The notes beneath the pieces are model-generated. The model saw only the letters and a list, made by a program, of their open reading frames with translations. It had not been told where the DNA came from and ran no database searches. A stretch of DNA of 64,000 nt from a virus (lineage: Duplodnaviria > Heunggongvirae > Uroviricota > Caudoviricetes): IMG/VR virus record IMGVR_UViG_3300025682_000004; one strand, written 5' to 3'. A program made the position numbers and the translations under genes. Positions 50,382-60,823 of this stretch are shown piece by piece; position 1 is the first letter of the stretch, and every line of letters starts with the position of its first letter.

Positions 50382-53300
50382 TTAATTCATGTATGAAACT
50401 GCAAACCAACCACAAATACCTAATTCTTCAGAATATACTAATTCTAATGAACCATAATCTGTATTTATTAATGCATTATTATTACCATCAAATTTATGAG
50501 TACCACCATGTGAACAAATAATAACATTATTTGTAAGTGCATTACCTGATACGTCTTTTATTTTGAATGCTCTACCATTCGATACTGAACTTGGTAACGT
50601 TACACAGATTGAACTATTAGTAGTATTTACCGCAATTAAATATGTTTTACCCGTATTTGTAAATGAAGTATTTGCAGAAATTCCACAAATTAAATAGTTA
50701 TTATTACTATCACCAATATCACATCCAGAAACTGTCTTAATCATTTTATCTGTAGAATTCCAAACTAAAACAGAATCACTAACAGAACCACTAGATGGTG
50801 TTTCCCATATTACTAAATTAGGTACTATTGCAGTATTACAATATGAATTTTCTGGAATTCCAATACTACAACCACCCAATATTATTGAATAATTATTACC
50901 ACAATTCAAACTATTAAAAGTACCACCAATTATTGTTCCATAACAAGAATTCACACAATTTGCATAACCAATTGAAATTGAATAATCACCATATGCCCTA
51001 GTACCCCAACATATATCTCTACCAATTGCAATAGATTGACAACCACATGCAATACCACCCATCATTGATAATGAATAATTACCATATCCACCACTAGTTA
51101 GGTCTGAACCACCAATAACAACACTATTATAACCACATATAATTCCAGAACCACCTATAACTGTTCCATTCTTATAATGACATACTGAACTATGTTGTGG
51201 TGAAATTTTTATACAATCACCAACAACATTAAATTCTTTTAAATTTGGTATATTCAATGAATTACAATCACCATAAATAGTAGTATCACCTGTTAAAGTA
51301 CCACCTAAAACAATAGTACCACCACTAACACTTAAACCATTATCTGCATTAACTTTAATATTATCAACATATTCTTTATCAACCAAAGAACGACTTGTAT
51401 ACGTATCATGATAACAATCACCATATTCAATACCAGTACCATTTATTGATGTAAATATTGTGCTATAATTGTTTATTACTAAACAATCACTATAAAAACA
51501 CATATAATCTTCTGATAATTTAATACTTGAATTACAAGCATTTAATTCAATTAAATTATCAGAACCACAAATAGTTAAATTACTACCACAATTAGATAAA
51601 CAAACAATATCATTATTACCATTTAAAATTAAATTTTGATTACAATTATTATAAACACTAAAATAATTTAAAGAATTATATAATTCCATTTGTACCTTAT
51701 CATTATTTACATAAACAACATCACATGCATATATTAACATAGCACCACTACAATCACCATGAACACCAACATTAATACCAGCAGCAACATCAAAATGACC
51801 ACCACCTAACATAACAACAGTTTCCCCAGAATCAGTTCCCAATTCAGCATAACCATCTTGAATTGTTACACAACTATTACTATTGCAAATAGTAAATTCA
51901 TAACTATCAACATCAATTTCAGTATTTCCTGTTAATGTACCACCCAATACAACAACATTACCTTCTTTTGTTAAACCATTACATGCTGTTTGAATTCCTG
52001 ATGTTGATGTTAATCCTGTTACAAACCCAGCATCAACCAAACTTCTTGCCACAAAAGTAGCACTATAATCATCAGCATATTGAATACCACGTTTATTTGT
52101 TATTGCAGTATCTTGATAAGTCAAACCACAAACATCATTACCACAAATTACTGTTGATGTTATTAATTGACCACCCAAACAAACAATACCATTATTATCA
52201 GTTAATCCATTTGTACTTCCACTTAAAACACCACCCAATACATTATTTATTGCTGAAGTTTCAACAATTAAATCATAAGAATCATCAAATTTAACAGGAA
52301 CACCAGTAGTGCCACCTGTTGGTACATCTACATTAATAACACCGTTTTTCCAACATAATCCAGAACCTGCAATACTGCTGTTTATTGTCAATTCTGAACT
52401 ACTAAAACACAAACCCGAATTATCTGCTAAGTCAACACTAATTGTTTTTACTGCACCAACTGTTGATATATCAATACCATTACCACTTGAAACATCAATT
52501 AGTTGTGAAAATTTAGTAAAAATTAATTCATCTACATCTATAGTAATTGGGTCTTTAGATGTCAATATCCACAATGTATTTGCATTAGTATTTCCTGTTA
52601 TTACTGGTATTAATGCACCTTGCGTAACTTCGCCACTTGGAGTACCATCAAAATCGTTTGCACGATACCAATTACCATCATTAACAATATAAATACCATT
52701 TTCCGTTTTATCATCTTGGTCTTTTACTAAAATTCTATCACCACCAGTTAAACTAATACCATCAATAGTTTTAATATCAATCAATTCATCAATATTTGCT
52801 GTTGTTGCAACAAGAACTGCCGATTTTGGGTCAATACCGTAAACAATATTATCAACATAGCGTTTAGTAATTAATGAATTATCAACAAAAGTATCTGAAT
52901 AGTCAGAAGAATATCTTAAACCCATTCCATCTGAAGTAGTAATAGTACCACCCGATATTGATATTTGTAAATTTTTATCGCTATTAATACCAATATTTTC
53001 ACTACTATTTATTGTTAATAAACCTAATTTACTTCCAGCAGAACCTAAACTTAAATTATTTCCATCACCACAAATAGTAGTACTAGAAGAAAGAACACCA
53101 CCCAATCCAACATTTTGATTTCCACAATCAACAATACCATTTGTTCCACCAGTAATTCCACCAAATGCTGCTAAAGATGTTTGACAAACTTCACCAGAAC
53201 CACCTAAACAAAGTAATCCACCACTTCCAGGAATATTTGCAGTTAAATACAATCCACTTCCACCAATTTCAACACCACTTGTTACACCACTAAATTTTAT

Positions 53301-53711
53301 TGTATTACTATTAACACCAAAACCATAAGAACCCGAAATTGTTGTGTTTTTAGTTAAACTACCACCTAATTCAATATTATGTGAATCAATTTTTGTTATT
53401 CCATTGGAAGCACCTGTTACTGCAACATTTGTTATACTTTCAATATCAGTTAATCTATTATCGGTATCTCCTGTATATTTATTAATTTCTGTTTTATTAT
53501 AAAAACAACTATTTAAACAAGTTAAAACACCACTAGTTATACCTGTAACATAACCAACATGGGGTACGGATAGACAATTATAATCTTGTGTTTGGTCTGT
53601 TAAATATACTAAAGAACCCGTACTATTAATTTGATTACATCCACATAATGTTAAAGTTCCTTTTTGGTCAACTTTAGAATCATTTATTAAAATTTTTGTA
53701 CCAACTGCCAT
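50382..53711 (-). CDS. Long mosaic tail-fibre-like protein, Cys-rich
   Basis: Five NG(L/I)...LGG.L repeats, SL(V/I).K.YVD motifs, a VATTANI...GDRILVKDQ...NGIY fibre module, and a C-terminal gp34-like repeat. Confidence 0.8.
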   Translation of the reverse strand: MAVGTKILINDSKVDQKGTLTLCGCNQINSTGSLVYLTDQTQDYNCLSVPHVGYVTGITSGVLTCLNSCFYNKTEINKYTGDTDNRLTDIESITNVAVTGASNGITKIDSHNIELGGSLTKNTTISGSYGFGVNSNTIKFSGVTSGVEIGGSGLYLTANIPGSGGLLCLGGSGEVCQTSLAAFGGITGGTNGIVDCGNQNVGLGGVLSSSTTICGDGNNLSLGSAGSKLGLLTINSSENIGINSDKNLQISISGGTITTSDGMGLRYSSDYSDTFVDNSLITKRYVDNIVYGIDPKSAVLVATTANIDELIDIKTIDGISLTGGDRILVKDQDDKTENGIYIVNDGNWYRANDFDGTPSGEVTQGALIPVITGNTNANTLWILTSKDPITIDVDELIFTKFSQLIDVSSGNGIDISTVGAVKTISVDLADNSGLCFSSSELTINSSIAGSGLCWKNGVINVDVPTGGTTGVPVKFDDSYDLIVETSAINNVLGGVLSGSTNGLTDNNGIVCLGGQLITSTVICGNDVCGLTYQDTAITNKRGIQYADDYSATFVARSLVDAGFVTGLTSTSGIQTACNGLTKEGNVVVLGGTLTGNTEIDVDSYEFTICNSNSCVTIQDGYAELGTDSGETVVMLGGGHFDVAAGINVGVHGDCSGAMLIYACDVVYVNNDKVQMELYNSLNYFSVYNNCNQNLILNGNNDIVCLSNCGSNLTICGSDNLIELNACNSSIKLSEDYMCFYSDCLVINNYSTIFTSINGTGIEYGDCYHDTYTSRSLVDKEYVDNIKVNADNGLSVSGGTIVLGGTLTGDTTIYGDCNSLNIPNLKEFNVVGDCIKISPQHSSVCHYKNGTVIGGSGIICGYNSVVIGGSDLTSGGYGNYSLSMMGGIACGCQSIAIGRDICWGTRAYGDYSISIGYANCVNSCYGTIIGGTFNSLNCGNNYSIILGGCSIGIPENSYCNTAIVPNLVIWETPSSGSVSDSVLVWNSTDKMIKTVSGCDIGDSNNNYLICGISANTSFTNTGKTYLIAVNTTNSSICVTLPSSVSNGRAFKIKDVSGNALTNNVIICSHGGTHKFDGNNNALINTDYGSLELVYSEELGICGWFAVSYMN

Positions 53712-53789
53712 AATATTCTTACTTTTAAAACATTTATTATTTTTTTATATAAATAGTTTATTTTTTTACTATTTTAACATTTTATTATT

Positions 53790-54824
53790 TTAATTATAAA
53801 AAGCCACAACACTCCAAAAAATACCATTATATCTTAAAGTTATTGAACCATAATCACTATTAATACATGCCAAATCATCTGAATCACTACTAATGTAATT
53901 ACCATTACCATTAATAATAATTGGATATTTTAATGCACATCCTTCAATATCTGTAATCGTAACACATTGACCCAATTTTGGTTTATCTAATAAATAAACA
54001 TATGCTTCATTACTAATACTATATCCAGTAACAGCAATCAAATCATCATCTTCTTCCGCATAAAAAGGATATAATGGTTCAGCATATCTAACATTAATAC
54101 CATCTAATTTATTATCAACATATTCTTTGTCAACTAAAGAACGATTTGTATAATTATCATGATAACAACTATCATATATAATACCAGAACAACTACAAAC
54201 ACAAATCTTACCATTAAGACCACTATATGAACAGGTACTTAATATAATATCACCATTTTCAACACAATTTATTATTTTATTTGTATTTTTATCAATAATA
54301 ATTTGAGCAGAATTTAAATCATTGTTTGTTTTTAATATAATTTCATTAACATTAATATTTGTACAAACATAAGACGAACTTCCACTGCTAATTGTAGTTA
54401 AAACACTTCCAGTTGTTCCTGTTAATATTAAATTAAATTGATTTATGTTTAATGTTGTTTCTGTTATTAAATTCCCACCTAAACTAACAATATTGTTATT
54501 ATCAGTTAAACCATTTGTACTTCCTGTAAGACCAATAATCGTTCCACCACTACCACTTGTAATAAATTTTTTCCAACCATCGTGATTATCAATGTTATCA
54601 ATATCAACCAACACATAATAATCATTTTCACTTATAACATACACAATTGTTGCATGTTCTTTCATTTGACCAGATGCTGTTGGTTCATCGATTTTTAATG
54701 ACAAATCATATAACTCGGTTAAATTATTAACCTTTGTTCTAAATCCACCTTTTACAAAGTCACTATCAACAACTGCTAAGTTAGGATTATTATGTTCTAC
54801 AATATCGCTTCTTCTTAATGCCAA
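53790..54824 (-). CDS. Tail-fibre-like protein
   Basis: Shares NGL..LGG, CYHD..RSLVDKEYVD and C-terminal IN.DYGS modules with 50382-53711. Confidence 0.7.
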   Translation of the reverse strand: MALRRSDIVEHNNPNLAVVDSDFVKGGFRTKVNNLTELYDLSLKIDEPTASGQMKEHATIVYVISENDYYVLVDIDNIDNHDGWKKFITSGSGGTIIGLTGSTNGLTDNNNIVSLGGNLITETTLNINQFNLILTGTTGSVLTTISSGSSSYVCTNINVNEIILKTNNDLNSAQIIIDKNTNKIINCVENGDIILSTCSYSGLNGKICVCSCSGIIYDSCYHDNYTNRSLVDKEYVDNKLDGINVRYAEPLYPFYAEEDDDLIAVTGYSISNEAYVYLLDKPKLGQCVTITDIEGCALKYPIIINGNGNYISSDSDDLACINSDYGSITLRYNGIFWSVVAFYN

Positions 54825-54854
54825 TTTTTTAATATTTAATTTAATATTTATTTT

Positions 54855-56816
54855 TTATGTTATTTTAATGCAATCACTTAAACCATATGCTTGTCTTGCG
54901 TTTGTTTTATATACTTTATAATTTACCGATACACCATGTAAATTAGTAACGGAAACGTTTGTTAATCCACTCCATGCCCCTAAATCTTGTTCCACACCAT
55001 TTTTTATTATCGATGTTATATCACTATAATTACTTGGATACACATAATATGTGTAATTATTTGCGGGTGTATTAATATTATTCCAATTTAAAGAAACATC
55101 AGGCATAAAACATTTATTACCTAATGTCTGAATTTGACTGCTATTCAATGGATATGTATTATTAAATCCCCAATACGAATAATCTTTAAATCCAATCGAT
55201 TGATTACCACCACAACCATTTGTGTATTCATCTTCATAACAAATTCTATAACTAATACAAGTAGCGTTATTACTTATTGTATTATCTTCAACAGATGGAA
55301 TATTAATACATTGTTCATTTAAACTAGTACCCGATGATATTGTTTTCCATGAATCACCACTATAACATCTTTGTAAACACCAACCAACTATATTAACTAA
55401 TTCTCTGTTGCTACAAACATATCCACTTGGACAACTAATAACATTACCTCTTTCCCTAGAATTTTGTGTTTCAGGTGATGTAATATCACCATTTAACGAT
55501 ATGTTTATATTTGGTGCAGTATATTGTTGTGGTGTTACTGAATACGATACAGTTTCTGAAGCACCAGCAGTATCATATACTGTATATCTAAAACAATTTG
55601 TACATGCATTAAATCTATCATTAATATAATGTTTGAACGTTTTACAATCAACAGATTCAGTTAATACAGTCCAACCAAGAATATCACCCCCATACCATTC
55701 AAGACACACACAATCAACATCAGCATCTAAAGTATTAATTACATAATCAAAACATAAATTAATTTCTTTATCAACTAAACCAAATCGAACATCATCACCA
55801 CTTGAAGTTAAAGTAACTGTTGGTTTTTTTTCTTCATTTAATGCCATTTTTATTACATCTATTGCTGTTTTACCACTTGATGGTATAACATCACCATTTA
55901 GATATTTACCAAAAGTTTTTCCTTCACATATACTAACTTCTATATCATAATCAAAAACACTATCACCACCACTACTACTTCCAGTTGTTGAATGTATAAT
56001 AATATCATAACCTACTTTACTAACTTTAGTACCACCACTACCCTTAATTGTATTAAATATAATCTCCTTTTCATGAACATCAACATATGGTATAACACCA
56101 CTTCCAACACATGTTACACCCGTAATAATATTATCTTCTAAAAAACTAATTCTACCATCAGTATTACCCGAATAATTATTAATTTCTGTTTTCGTATAAT
56201 AATTATTAAAACAACTATAAATGTTAGATGTTATACCAGTAACATATGAAACATCAGGAATACTATGTATTTCAAACACATCATGATAACAATCATCATA
56301 TTTTAACCCAAAATTACAAGATAAAGAAAGAGATAATCCTGAATGTGATAAACAAATGCCATTATTATCAATATTAAATGTCGATTCATATTGATTTGAA
56401 GAATTTATTCTAAAATTTTCAATACAATCAAAATGAAAACCATGTAATCCTAAACCATTAATTGTTGTACCAGTAACTAAATTACCACCCAATCTTATTG
56501 TTGTACCAGCATTAATTAAAGATAAACCATTTTCAATAATAAAGTCACTATCATAACCAACATTAATCCAACTATCTTCACTTGTATAATTAGAAGCATC
56601 ACATAACCAATAAACACCATTCTTGGAAGTATCAATATCATTTGAAACAACAACGATTGCACCATCATACAACCAAACACCACCATCACTATCACACCAA
56701 GTAGATTCTAATAATAAATCAGAATAACTATCTACAAGTTGTCTTGCATCTAAAGGTGCTTTTTTTGCTACTTCATAATTTGCAGAATATTTAAATGTAC
56801 CTAAACTTCTTCCCAT
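54855..56816 (-). CDS. Tail-fibre/virion protein, Cys-rich
   Basis: N-terminal KKAPLDAR motif, shared fibre modules, Ig-like C-terminal region. Confidence 0.7.
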   Translation of the reverse strand: MGRSLGTFKYSANYEVAKKAPLDARQLVDSYSDLLLESTWCDSDGGVWLYDGAIVVVSNDIDTSKNGVYWLCDASNYTSEDSWINVGYDSDFIIENGLSLINAGTTIRLGGNLVTGTTINGLGLHGFHFDCIENFRINSSNQYESTFNIDNNGICLSHSGLSLSLSCNFGLKYDDCYHDVFEIHSIPDVSYVTGITSNIYSCFNNYYTKTEINNYSGNTDGRISFLEDNIITGVTCVGSGVIPYVDVHEKEIIFNTIKGSGGTKVSKVGYDIIIHSTTGSSSGGDSVFDYDIEVSICEGKTFGKYLNGDVIPSSGKTAIDVIKMALNEEKKPTVTLTSSGDDVRFGLVDKEINLCFDYVINTLDADVDCVCLEWYGGDILGWTVLTESVDCKTFKHYINDRFNACTNCFRYTVYDTAGASETVSYSVTPQQYTAPNINISLNGDITSPETQNSRERGNVISCPSGYVCSNRELVNIVGWCLQRCYSGDSWKTISSGTSLNEQCINIPSVEDNTISNNATCISYRICYEDEYTNGCGGNQSIGFKDYSYWGFNNTYPLNSSQIQTLGNKCFMPDVSLNWNNINTPANNYTYYVYPSNYSDITSIIKNGVEQDLGAWSGLTNVSVTNLHGVSVNYKVYKTNARQAYGLSDCIKIT

Positions 56817-56827
56817 TTTTATTTATT

Positions 56828-59446
56828 TTAAAATTCTAATCTTATTGATATACTACTTCTATCAGAACCATTATATTCATATCTACGATAATCAACTGTT
56901 TGACCTTGAATTGTTTCTGTTTCAGAAGATTCTGTCCAAAATGTTAATGCGCCTTGTTTAGAACCCGATTCATATTCCCAAGAATTATTAGTCGTATTAA
57001 ATGTTGAAATTCCATCTAACTCATTGCTTGATAACCAAGCACACGGAATTTCAAATTTTTGTTTACCACCAACTTCACTAACTAAATTTATACAAACATA
57101 ATTACTTGACATTGATACTAATGGTTGTTTTGTTAATACATTAATATTTGATGTTGTGGCATACAATGGATATACACCATTAATACAACTTGCTTTAATT
57201 GATGTTGTACCTGATGGGCAAGCACTCATTGGATTACCACGACTATCAAGTGGTGGACTACTAGGTGCATTATAACTAATAGAACCTGACCAACATTGAA
57301 TACCCTGTTGAACTTCATAATCACAAATATCAACTTTTACACATAAATCACTACAAATTATAGTATTAAGACAAGTACCTTGTAAATTATGTGATATTGG
57401 AAAACCAACAGAATGGGACGGACCACCACAATAAATTGGTAAAATTGACCCACGATTAAAGTTTGAAGTTGCCGACATACACGAAATTAAGCATCCAATT
57501 TCTTTTAATCCCGATTCTGATAATGTAAAACTACTAGAAGGACTTGTTATTGTTGGATATAGTGTTGGTACTAATAACATTTCAAGTATTTCATTTGATG
57601 TTTTACCTGTTAAAACATCACCTTGACAAATACCACCAAGAGTGATTGCTGCTGGTGATGATAATTCATAAAAACCACTTCCACCACCAGAATCAGAACA
57701 AATAATCAAACAATCATCACATGTTTTAACATGTGTTCCACCACTACCAACAATTGATTTTAAATTTAAATTTTTACCATTATAATTATATACAATACTT
57801 TCGCCAATACCACAAGTAGAAACATTAGAAACTGAAGTAATGGCAGATAAATAAACAAATGCACCATCAAAAGAAACTTTAAGATTTTCTGGGGTTTTGG
57901 AATTAATAGTTCTAAGATACATTGTTTGATTATCAACATATGAATAAATCGGACCACCAACACAAATTGTATTACCTGTCATTGTTGACCCTGAAATAAC
58001 CTCTATTGATAACTCAGAACCATTATTATAAAAAGAATATGGTGACCAATAAACTTCAGTATATGGTATTGATGATTCATAATATGATTGTAATTTACTT
58101 AATACATTACAACCAATAAAACAATCAAGATGTCCAGACAATAATATCCATCCCATAGTATAACAATTCGCTAATGGTGATTCGTAATTGCTCCAAACAA
58201 AAGAAGTATATTTCATAGAACCACCACTAGTTTCATGAATAAATCCCCTTCTACCAACATCAACACCCCCAATATTTATTTTACCAACACAAAGAACACC
58301 ATTAGAATTAATATAATAATTATTATACAACGAATCATAATACCCAGCAAATTTATATTCATCAGAATAATCTAAATACAATCTTTGAGTTCCACTTTTC
58401 CCTATATATAAACCAATATTATTACCACATTCCACATAATTTGAACTACTACCATCTGATGAACTATAAACAATAATTCTATCACCAGATGTTTTTACTG
58501 TTGTATTTCCACTACCTTGAATTGTTCTAAATTTTAAATTATTACCATCCAATCCTGAATATATTTCATTGGCTTTTCCTATATTAATACCACAAATTGT
58601 TGTACCTGATATATCTATATAAGCAGCATCATGTGAAATGTTTATTATATTCGGTGTTGTTGTTTTTATTGTTCTAAGATATAGAGAATTATCTTTAGTA
58701 CGTGAATAAATTGGATTTCCAATTTTAATTTCACTACCCAAACCATTAAGATTACCTTGAACACTTGAAATAATTAAAGAACTATCATTATTATAACCAC
58801 CAGCACTAGGATTCCAAGTAATTTCATTATATGGTTCATTAAGTAAACCGTAATAATTTTTTATTCTTGTTTTTACTGATTTTTCAATATATTTTGAAAC
58901 ATCAACATCAACCAAATTCCAACCAATTTTATATGAACCAATAACCTCATAATCACTCCAAACAAAAGATGCTTCATAAATACTATTTTTCAATAAATAA
59001 GCCCTTCTACCATTACCATCACTAGGAATACCAATTTGTAAATTACCTAAATTATCAATATAAAAATTTGGGTATGTTGAATCATAATCACCACTTAAAT
59101 GTGAAAAAATACCAATTATTACTATTTCCAATGTTTGAATATTAGATAATCCTTCATAATATCCATAATTAGTCGCACCAGTAATGTAACCACTTAATAA
59201 TCCAGTACCATCTACTATTTTTTCAACTAAATCATTATTACCAATACCATCTTTATACCAATATTCTGTTCCATTAATATTAACAGTTAAACCAGTATAT
59301 CTTTCACTTGGTATTATTTTATTATTGACTTCTGTAATACCTGAATATGGTAATTGACTACCATTTAATGTTCTATTACTTAAATATCTCCAATCTAATG
59401 GATTGGGAGCAGCAATTTTTATATTTTCATTATATTGAATAGCCAT
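56828..59446 (-). CDS. Tail-fibre/virion protein, Cys-rich C-terminus
   Basis: APNPLDWRY N-terminus, internal duplication (FVWSDY/FVWSNY; YLRTIKTTTP/YLRTINSKTP), repeated L.FRTI.GSG modules. Confidence 0.7.
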   Translation of the reverse strand: MAIQYNENIKIAAPNPLDWRYLSNRTLNGSQLPYSGITEVNNKIIPSERYTGLTVNINGTEYWYKDGIGNNDLVEKIVDGTGLLSGYITGATNYGYYEGLSNIQTLEIVIIGIFSHLSGDYDSTYPNFYIDNLGNLQIGIPSDGNGRRAYLLKNSIYEASFVWSDYEVIGSYKIGWNLVDVDVSKYIEKSVKTRIKNYYGLLNEPYNEITWNPSAGGYNNDSSLIISSVQGNLNGLGSEIKIGNPIYSRTKDNSLYLRTIKTTTPNIINISHDAAYIDISGTTICGINIGKANEIYSGLDGNNLKFRTIQGSGNTTVKTSGDRIIVYSSSDGSSSNYVECGNNIGLYIGKSGTQRLYLDYSDEYKFAGYYDSLYNNYYINSNGVLCVGKINIGGVDVGRRGFIHETSGGSMKYTSFVWSNYESPLANCYTMGWILLSGHLDCFIGCNVLSKLQSYYESSIPYTEVYWSPYSFYNNGSELSIEVISGSTMTGNTICVGGPIYSYVDNQTMYLRTINSKTPENLKVSFDGAFVYLSAITSVSNVSTCGIGESIVYNYNGKNLNLKSIVGSGGTHVKTCDDCLIICSDSGGGSGFYELSSPAAITLGGICQGDVLTGKTSNEILEMLLVPTLYPTITSPSSSFTLSESGLKEIGCLISCMSATSNFNRGSILPIYCGGPSHSVGFPISHNLQGTCLNTIICSDLCVKVDICDYEVQQGIQCWSGSISYNAPSSPPLDSRGNPMSACPSGTTSIKASCINGVYPLYATTSNINVLTKQPLVSMSSNYVCINLVSEVGGKQKFEIPCAWLSSNELDGISTFNTTNNSWEYESGSKQGALTFWTESSETETIQGQTVDYRRYEYNGSDRSSISIRLEF

Positions 59447-59466
59447 TTCTTATATTTTTTTATATA

Positions 59467-60612
59467 TTAACTAAAAGTCATACTATAATTTATTGATGTT
59501 GGATATGAACTAATATAAAAAGTATATGGAACGTTAGACCAATATGAATTTGGTGATGATATACAAACATTACAAACAACAGAATTATTATCAAACAATC
59601 CTGTTTCACTCGGTATATTTCCTTTATTTTCAAGGCTATTACCACCCTGCCATTTTGTTTTAAGACAACCACCACAATTTGGTATTGCTAACCAAATTCT
59701 ATTTTCTGAAGAATTATAATTATCAACAACCACATTACCATTTGTCGGACAAACACAACAACCACTAGCATTATTAATTAAACAATTTTGATAACAACTA
59801 TTACTAGAAAAACTACCAGTATGGTTACTCACACCCCAAAAATATGGATAAACACCAATTTTATTAATACAAGAAGTAAGACTACCAGCAGGACATGTAC
59901 ATCCACTAATATCGCAACCATTACTATAATGTGGTGGTTCACCTTCACAATAATAAACAGTTCCTCTAATTCTATTAACACAACAATGTGAAATTGGAAA
60001 ATTATTTAATTTTGGTGTATTAACAAGACTGTTTGTAACACAAGTACAAATATTATAGTAACAATTACAACTAGGACAGTAATAATCATATTTATAACAT
60101 CTTGGAATTCCAGTTCTATAAGAAGTACCACCATAAGAAGGAGTAACAGAACCTCTATTATAAATCGAACAAACACAAATACTACTAATAACAGAACCAA
60201 CCTCTTGATATAACTTAGTTGATGATTTTTCAGTAAATGTGTATGAATTTGGTGTTAATGTTGGCATTAAAACTGGTGCAACAATACATTCTAAAATTTT
60301 ACTAATTTCACAACCATAAATATCTGTCCCACAATTTAAACCACCAACAGTGCATGTTGTTGGTGAACTATTATAATATACACCACCACCACCACTACCA
60401 CCAGACATTAATACAATTTTACCATCATAATAAGTTAAAACTTTATTATTACTAGCACCAGTTACAACAATTGGTATTTTATTATCATTATCATCAGTTA
60501 ATATTAAACCTGTAGTATTATTAAATATTGTTTTACCTGATAATGTTAATGTAGTACCACTTAACTGTTTAAATTGGACATCATCTAAATTTGGACGACT
60601 AAAAAAAGCCAT
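59467..60612 (-). CDS. Tail-fibre/virion protein, Cys-rich
   Basis: 28 Cys in 381 aa by hand count; N-terminal motif shared with 48884 and 50382. Confidence 0.65.
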   Translation of the reverse strand: MAFFSRPNLDDVQFKQLSGTTLTLSGKTIFNNTTGLILTDDNDNKIPIVVTGASNNKVLTYYDGKIVLMSGGSGGGGVYYNSSPTTCTVGGLNCGTDIYGCEISKILECIVAPVLMPTLTPNSYTFTEKSSTKLYQEVGSVISSICVCSIYNRGSVTPSYGGTSYRTGIPRCYKYDYYCPSCNCYYNICTCVTNSLVNTPKLNNFPISHCCVNRIRGTVYYCEGEPPHYSNGCDISGCTCPAGSLTSCINKIGVYPYFWGVSNHTGSFSSNSCYQNCLINNASGCCVCPTNGNVVVDNYNSSENRIWLAIPNCGGCLKTKWQGGNSLENKGNIPSETGLFDNNSVVCNVCISSPNSYWSNVPYTFYISSYPTSINYSMTFS

Positions 60613-60768
60613 ATTATTAATATCTTATACCATCAATTTTATTATTTTTATTGTTCACAAGTTTCATAACCTACTGACCGTACCCCCAATTAACAAATTC
60701 GACCATTTAAGGTCGATTTTATTTATAATAAATACAAAAGAATGTGATTAAAAACAAGATAAAATAAA

Positions 60769-60800
60769 AATTCCCCATAAAAAAAAACTTATGGGGAATT
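60769..60800 (-). terminator. Intrinsic terminator
   Basis: Perfect 12-bp inverted repeat AATTCCCCATAA-N8-TTATGGGGAATT with a T-run downstream on the minus strand. Confidence 0.8.
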
Positions 60801-60823
60801 CAAAATCAAAAAATATTTAGGAA

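Noticed and set aside
50382-60612. Idea that TGT/TGC is recoded, explaining the Cys excess
   Set aside because: The same codons supply functionally required Cys in the primase Zn finger, the Rad50 hook and the intein nucleophiles, and enzymes show normal Cys levels.
50382-60612. Diversity-generating retroelement acting on the fibre genes
   Set aside because: No reverse transcriptase and no template/variable repeat pair differing only at adenines was seen; the repeats are protein-module paralogs.
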